NCBI GenBank assembly: GCA_964500895.1
Contig: CAZCQP010000003.1
Coordinates: forward strand, 35,044 to 99,043
Length of the DNA: 64,000 nt
Source: an uncultured Eubacteriales bacterium
GTDB lineage: Bacteria > Bacillota > Clostridia > Lachnospirales > JAISER01
Reading direction: 5' to 3'
Positions 59,459-64,000 of this stretch are shown here, in pieces. Numbering within the stretch: position 1 is the stretch's first letter; each line of letters opens with the position of its first letter. Made by a program: the position numbers and the translations under genes. The notes beneath the pieces are model-generated. The model worked only from the letters and a program-made list of their open reading frames with translations, had not been told where the DNA came from and made no database searches.

Positions 59459-60292
59459 ATGAAAATTCTAATAACGGGTTCGAAGGGGCAATTAGGACAG
59501 GAATTACTGTCATTAACTAACGAAACGATTATTGATACTGATATAGAACTTAATATCGTGGACCTAGATACATTATATAGATTTGTGAAGGACAAGCATT
59601 TTGATGCTATTATTAATTGTGCTGCGTATACAAATGTTGATGGCTGTGAAGATAATATTGATGATGCTTACCATATAAATGCTGTAGGTGCTAGAAACCT
59701 TGCTTTAATTGCAGAACAAAAAAAGGCAAAACTGTTTCATATTTCTACTGATTACGTTTTTGATGGATTGTCGAAGGAACCGTATAGGGAGTATGATGTC
59801 CCAAATCCACAAAGTGTGTATGGTAAATCTAAGCTCCTGGGAGAACATTTTGTTCGTGATTTTTGCGGCAAATATTTTATAATTCGCACTGCGTGGCTGT
59901 ACTCAAAGATAAATAAAAATTTTGTTCAAACAATGATTAGTTTGGGACAAAGCAAAAATGAAATTAATGTCGTAAATGATCAAAGGGGAAATCCTACAAA
60001 TGTAAAGGATTTGGCAAACCATATTCTAAGCCTTTTAAGAACTGATTATTATGGAATATATCATATAACCGGCAAGGGTGAGTGTAGTTGGTATGACTTT
60101 GCCAAACGGATAATGGAGTTAAGTGGTAGTAAATGTAGGGTTAATCCCATTACTTCGAAAGAATATCCCCAAAAGGCAAAACGTCCAAAGTATTCATCAC
60201 TTGATAATTTAGCATTAAGAGCAAGTATTGGAGATCATATGCGAGATTGGGATGTAGCACTTGAAGACTATTTTAAGGAGATGGTAAAATGA
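59459..60292 (+). CDS. rfbD: dTDP-4-dehydrorhamnose reductase
   Basis: MKILITGSKGQLG, INCAAYTNVD, STDYVFDG, YGKSKLLGE. Confidence 0.92.
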   Translation: MKILITGSKGQLGQELLSLTNETIIDTDIELNIVDLDTLYRFVKDKHFDAIINCAAYTNVDGCEDNIDDAYHINAVGARNLALIAEQKKAKLFHISTDYVFDGLSKEPYREYDVPNPQSVYGKSKLLGEHFVRDFCGKYFIIRTAWLYSKINKNFVQTMISLGQSKNEINVVNDQRGNPTNVKDLANHILSLLRTDYYGIYHITGKGECSWYDFAKRIMELSGSKCRVNPITSKEYPQKAKRPKYSSLDNLALRASIGDHMRDWDVALEDYFKEMVK

Positions 60293-61305
60293 AAACTTAT
60301 CTGGTAACAGGAGGCGCTGGGTTCATAGGCAGCAATTTTATATTGTATATGCTTGAAAAATATCCAGAAATAAAAATTATTAACGTAGATTGTTTAACCT
60401 ATGCTGGCAATATTGACAATCTGAAGACAGTGGAAAATGATCCTCGCTATTGTTTTGTAAAGGCAGATATTTGTGACAGTGAAGCCATAAAAAATATTTT
60501 TAATGAAGAAATCAATTATGTGGTTAACTTTGCGGCTGAAAGTCATGTTGACCGCTCCATAGAAACACCCGGTGTTTTTGCAAATACTAACATTATCGGT
60601 ACACTTAATCTACTTAACCATGCGAAACATGCTTGGCAAATAAGAGATGATACGTATAAAACAGGCGTAAAATTTCTTCAGGTTTCAACAGATGAGGTTT
60701 ATGGTTCATTGGGTTCAACAGGATTGTTTACGGAAGATACACCTCTTGATCCCCATAGCCCATATTCAGCAAGTAAGGCATCTGCTGATATGTTTGTAAA
60801 GGCATATTTTGACACCTACAAAATGCCTGTTAACATTACTCGATGTAGTAACAACTATGGTGAGTTTCAGTTTCCTGAAAAATTGATTCCTCTTGTAATT
60901 AATAACCTTTTACAGTATAGAAAGGTACCTATTTACGGGGATGGAAAACAGGTGCGGGATTGGCTTTATGTTAAGGATCACTGCAAGGCAATTGATATGG
61001 TTATAAATGGTGGGGTGCTTGGAGAGGTTTATAATGTGGGTGGCTCTAATGAAAGGGAAAATATCATAATTGTTAAAACTATTATTAAATATCTTAATCA
61101 AAACTACGACAGTAGAATATCTGAGGATTTAATCGGCTATGTAACAGACAGAAAGGGTCATGATCGTCGATATGGTATCGATGCAACTAAAATTAAAAAC
61201 GAACTTGGCTGGACACCAGATACTATGTTTGATGAAGGCATTATCAATACCATCAAATGGTATTTGGATAATAGAGACTGGGTTAAGAAGTTATTGAAAG
61301 AATAA
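60289..61305 (+). CDS. rfbB: dTDP-glucose 4,6-dehydratase
   Basis: LVTGGAGFIGSNF, AAESHVDRS, STDEVYG, YSASKASAD. Confidence 0.93.
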   Translation: MKTYLVTGGAGFIGSNFILYMLEKYPEIKIINVDCLTYAGNIDNLKTVENDPRYCFVKADICDSEAIKNIFNEEINYVVNFAAESHVDRSIETPGVFANTNIIGTLNLLNHAKHAWQIRDDTYKTGVKFLQVSTDEVYGSLGSTGLFTEDTPLDPHSPYSASKASADMFVKAYFDTYKMPVNITRCSNNYGEFQFPEKLIPLVINNLLQYRKVPIYGDGKQVRDWLYVKDHCKAIDMVINGGVLGEVYNVGGSNERENIIIVKTIIKYLNQNYDSRISEDLIGYVTDRKGHDRRYGIDATKIKNELGWTPDTMFDEGIINTIKWYLDNRDWVKKLLKE

Positions 61306-61340
61306 ATGTAATAAAAGAGATAGGGGTACAGAAAGTTTCA

Positions 61341-61420
61341 AAAGATTGGAGTAGAAAACCTTTGAGTTGCCGTAAATGATTGTGGCAATCAATCAAAAAG
61401 GAGCAATATCCGATGGCTAA
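61341..61420 (+). repeat. Left arm of an ~80 bp imperfect inverted repeat
   Basis: Aligns with the reverse complement of 62076..62155. Identical blocks are GGAGTAGAAAACC, AAATGATTGTG and ATATCCGATGGCTAA, with roughly four-fifths identity overall by eye. Confidence 0.85.
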
Positions 61421-62075
61421 GAAACTGAATAACACAGATAGCTATTGCAGCGAGCGACAAGATTACCAAGTAGGCCTTTTGGACAATGTTTAACCAAGTT
61501 TGGTTGGTAGCGGGTACGGGCACTACCGAGGCCTGGCTGACCATTTGGCAGGATAGTATCCAAAGAGGTTTACAAAGGTAATAAAGGTACTCTTGGAAGG
61601 GTGTGGAGGAACTCTCACGCCTCTAGAGATTTCAGGAATATTATCCCTACCAATTGCTGCCATTAAGAATATCTACCCATAAAATGGAATAGGTGTATTC
61701 GATTTCGGAAGCACGTTCATCAAGTTCACTGGCCATACTGCTTGCCTGGCTGCAGGGATACCCCGGCTTACTAACGCTTCTTGAATAACCCTGTACCAAG
61801 GCCGTTTCACTACGCTTAAGGTTGCTGATAAAGACCGGAGCATATCCGATCTTACGTACCTTCGGTACCATGGGTTATACAGTACCCGAACGAGTATTGC
61901 ACCTACAGGGATGATATCCGAGTCGGTAGCTTATGACCTGAGTTGTACTCCAATTTATCGGAAAAAGTTCTGCTTTTATCAACTGTTCTCTTAGCCACTT
62001 GAGTATGGAAAGCATCTGATCATGATTGCTTAGCACTGCAGTAATAATTCTGTCAATTTGTGTTGTTTTATTTTT

Positions 62076-62155
62076 TAGCCATCGGATATAGCTCCCTTTT
62101 GATGATTGTCACAATCATTTTATGGAGCACCGATGGTTTTCTACTCCCATCCTTT
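62076..62155 (-). repeat. Right arm of the inverted repeat (overlaps the recombinase leader)
   Basis: See the left arm. The arms bracket a 655 bp core (61421..62075) with no convincing ORF. Confidence 0.85.
62102..62118. promoter_or_regulatory. Perfect 8+1+8 palindrome ATGATTGT-C-ACAATCAT (operator-like), overlapping a weak TTGATG-N16-TATGGA promoter-like pattern facing the recombinase gene
   Basis: Read directly, ~80 nt upstream of the recombinase ATG. The copy in the left arm (61377..61394) is degenerate. Confidence 0.35.
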
Positions 62156-62198
62156 TTGCAATTTATGCTACTCTATCAAAGAAAACAAGGGTGATGCT

Positions 62199-63734
62199 AT
62201 GCGAACCGTTGCGTATTGCCGTGTTTCTACAAGTAAAGATGAACAATTAGACAGTTTAGCAGCACAGCAAAGGTTTTTTACGGAGTATTCAGAAAAGAAC
62301 AATTATCATTTAGTCCAAATATATGCCGATGAGGGTAAGAGTGGAACGAAGCTTAAAAACCGCACACAGCTTCTGAAGCTTTTGGCAGATGCTAAAAAGC
62401 AAATGTTTGATATTGTGCTTATCAAAGACGTTTCGCGGCTTGCCAGAAACACTGTTGACTTTTTGACGAGCATACGTGCGCTCAAGGCATTAGGGGTTAA
62501 GGTTGTATTTGTGAATTACGACCAAACCGATTCAGACAGTTCGGAATTTATGCTTACATTGCTTTCAGCAATTGCGCAGGAGGAATCAGCAAACACATCA
62601 AAGCGTGTGAAGTTTGGAAAGAAGATGAACGCCGAAAAAGGGCGTGTTCCTAACATTGTATACGGATACAACAAGCAAGTTGGGGACTACTTTAGCCTAG
62701 AAATTAACGAGCCCGAAGCACAGGTTGTTAGGGACATCTTTGATATGTATGTTAATGAAAATTTTGGAGCAAATAAAATAGCCATGACATTAAACGCTAA
62801 AGGGTATAAAACAAAACGTGGCTGTAAGTGGACGCAAAATGCCATTGCAAGGATTTTGGCCAACCAAATTTACATAGGCCGGGTTATCAATGGCAAGGAA
62901 GAAGTGGAGGATTTTCTAACAGGCAAGCGAAAAGAGAAAAATCAGCATGAATGGATTATAACCGAAAATGAAGCGCTGCGCATTATACCAGATGAGCTGT
63001 TTGATAAGGCTCAAAAAACATTAGCGCAAAGAACCCAAACTTTTAATATAACAGGGGAACGTAATTCAGACAAGCATGTTTTCAGCAAGCTTATCAAATG
63101 TTCTTGTTGTCATTCGTCATTCAGGCAATCCGTTAGAACATATAAAAATACATACACCAAGTGGGTATGCACAGGGCGCAATGCCAAAGGAGCTGGGTTT
63201 TGTATCAATAAAACTGTTATTGATGAAGCTCAACTTTTAGAAGCAATTAAAGCATACTTTGTTGAGCTGTTAATGCAGAAACCCAGCTTTATTAAAAGTA
63301 AAATTAATCAACTCAATAGACTTTATCAATCGAAAGATGAAAACGTGCAATCGGAAAAGACCCTCATGCGTGAAAGAAACCGACTAAATAAACTGAAACA
63401 AAAACAAATTGAGATGTATGAAGCCGACATCATCAGCCTTGATGCATTAAAAGAACGCACACAAGAACTGGATGCACACCTTGTAAGCGTGGATGAGCAG
63501 CTGCATATGATTCAAATGAATGTGAGCAAAAGTGATATGTTTAAAAATGCATTAATGGAAACCTTTTGCGACATAGAGAATGGGTTGAAAGCCGAGCATT
63601 TCACCAATGCCATGCTAAACAGGGTGATAGAGAAAATAACCGTAGACGAAAACGGCAAAATTGATGTGTACCTACGTTTATTAAGTGACATCGGTATGGA
63701 AAATAGCGTTCTATTAAGCAACGACCAAACATAA
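62199..63734 (+). CDS. Large serine recombinase (element 2, SpoIVCA/CisA-like)
   Basis: VAYCRVSTSKDEQ catalytic Ser, IKDVSRLARN, recombinase domain, Cys cluster (CSCCHS...C...C) and a long C-terminal coiled coil. The start is taken at MRTVAY after AAGGG. The stop TAA overlaps the attR core. Confidence 0.9.
   Translation: MRTVAYCRVSTSKDEQLDSLAAQQRFFTEYSEKNNYHLVQIYADEGKSGTKLKNRTQLLKLLADAKKQMFDIVLIKDVSRLARNTVDFLTSIRALKALGVKVVFVNYDQTDSDSSEFMLTLLSAIAQEESANTSKRVKFGKKMNAEKGRVPNIVYGYNKQVGDYFSLEINEPEAQVVRDIFDMYVNENFGANKIAMTLNAKGYKTKRGCKWTQNAIARILANQIYIGRVINGKEEVEDFLTGKRKEKNQHEWIITENEALRIIPDELFDKAQKTLAQRTQTFNITGERNSDKHVFSKLIKCSCCHSSFRQSVRTYKNTYTKWVCTGRNAKGAGFCINKTVIDEAQLLEAIKAYFVELLMQKPSFIKSKINQLNRLYQSKDENVQSEKTLMRERNRLNKLKQKQIEMYEADIISLDALKERTQELDAHLVSVDEQLHMIQMNVSKSDMFKNALMETFCDIENGLKAEHFTNAMLNRVIEKITVDENGKIDVYLRLLSDIGMENSVLLSNDQT
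63729..63733. other. attR core of element 2 (ACATA)
   Basis: Matches 42044..42048. Confidence 0.7.
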
Positions 63735-63897
63735 AGATGTTACAGAACGATTGATTAAAATTAACCCCAAATTGGCAGGCGAAGCACGCAGAGTGCTGGA
63801 AGTGAACAAATCCCAGCGCCATATTCGTGGAGGGCTGGCTACGAAAGAAAAATACATGACGCTGCCGGGAAGCATTGGGTTGAAAAAACTGAAATAG
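63733..63897 (+). pseudogene. spoIIID: spoIIID, 3' part of the split gene (54 codons)
   Basis: KDVTERLIKINPKLAGEARRVLEVNKSQRHIRGGLATKEKY... is the conserved SpoIIID C-terminal region. It is in phase with 41934..42047 across ACATA, giving a 92-codon ORF. Confidence 0.85.
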
Positions 63898-63909
63898 CCA
63901 GTAAACACC

Positions 63910-63948
63910 ACACCCCCTTGACTTATATTTGTCTTGGGGGTGTTTTTC
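63910..63948 (+). terminator. Rho-independent terminator after spoIIID
   Basis: ACACCCCC / GGGGGTGT stem followed by TTTTT. Confidence 0.65.
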
Positions 63949-64000
63949 GTAAATATATGCATGTCGTGCTGTCTTTCTGAATGAAAGTTTGCTATAATTG

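Larger units (their letters stand above)
42049..63733 (+). mobile_element. ~21.7 kb large-serine-recombinase intervening element inserted in spoIIID (c-di-GMP cyclase and rhamnose-polysaccharide cargo)
   Basis: Bounded by the spoIIID halves, with the LSR at the right edge. Joining the ends gives AGCGTTCT-N36-AGAACGTT with ACATA at the centre of the dyad. Confidence 0.85.

Noticed and set aside
61421-62075. ORF-less group II intron or another named large ncRNA in the inverted-repeat-bounded core
   Set aside because: I could not find a GUGYG 5' end, a domain V-like 34-nt hairpin with the AGC triad, or any other signature I can recognise by eye. It is kept only as something to test with Rfam, not as a call.
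768-62118. Possible shared operator between element 1 (TAATTGCAACAATTA) and element 2 (ATGATTGTCACAATCAT)
   Set aside because: Both are ATTG...CAAT palindromes, but spacing and flanks differ and the core is short and AT-rich. The resemblance is within chance expectation, so no common regulator is claimed.
62106-62198. N-terminal extension of the recombinase ORF (MSQSFYGAPMVFYSHPFCNLCYSIKENKGDA...) from the ORF track
   Set aside because: The extension lies inside the inverted repeat and has no RBS. It precedes the canonical resolvase N-terminus MRTVAYCRVS, which has its own AAGGG RBS, so the start was moved to 62199.
42049-63733. Interpretation of the spoIIID insertion as a prophage (like skin or SPbeta)
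   Set aside because: No capsid, tail, terminase, portal, lysis or replication genes are present. Every long ORF is accounted for by signalling or polysaccharide functions, IS debris or the recombinase.

Overview
This is a chromosomal window from an endospore-forming Firmicute (Clostridia-like), judged from yqfC, yqfD, spoIIID, a LysM/DUF3794 coat-type protein and the phoH-pgpH-ybeY-era-recO block. The main result is that two host genes are each cut in two by an insertion carrying a large serine recombinase (LSR) at its right edge. (1) feoB is split at 389..393 / 12514..12518 by a ~12.1 kb element. Its cargo is a LacI-type regulator, xylA, xylB, two further sugar enzymes and a sugar ABC transporter. 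(2) The mother-cell transcription factor gene spoIIID is split at 42044..42048 / 63729..63733 by a ~21.7 kb element. Its cargo is a GGDEF cyclase and a complete ABC-transporter-dependent, rhamnose-based polysaccharide locus. That locus holds rmlACDB, two RgpF-like rhamnosyltransferases, a pyruvyl transferase fused to a 14-residue-repeat coiled coil, and an MBOAT/AlgJ-like O-acylation pair. In both cases the two gene halves join in frame across a short shared core. The reconstructed attP shows dyad symmetry. Each element also has a small outward-facing ORF at the end opposite the recombinase. Neither element carries phage structural or conjugation genes. The spoIIID case resembles a skin-like sporulation intervening element in a host gene that, to my knowledge, is not among the classic examples. 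Other items: an ~80 bp imperfect inverted-repeat pair bracketing a 655 bp ORF-poor core just upstream of the second recombinase; a decayed IS5-like transposase with its middle segment inverted; MITE-like repeats sharing that IS terminus; a decayed second rmlA; and hairpin-rich intergenic spacers. No rRNA, tRNA or CRISPR array was recognised. All functional calls come from reading the translations and motifs by eye; no database search was run.
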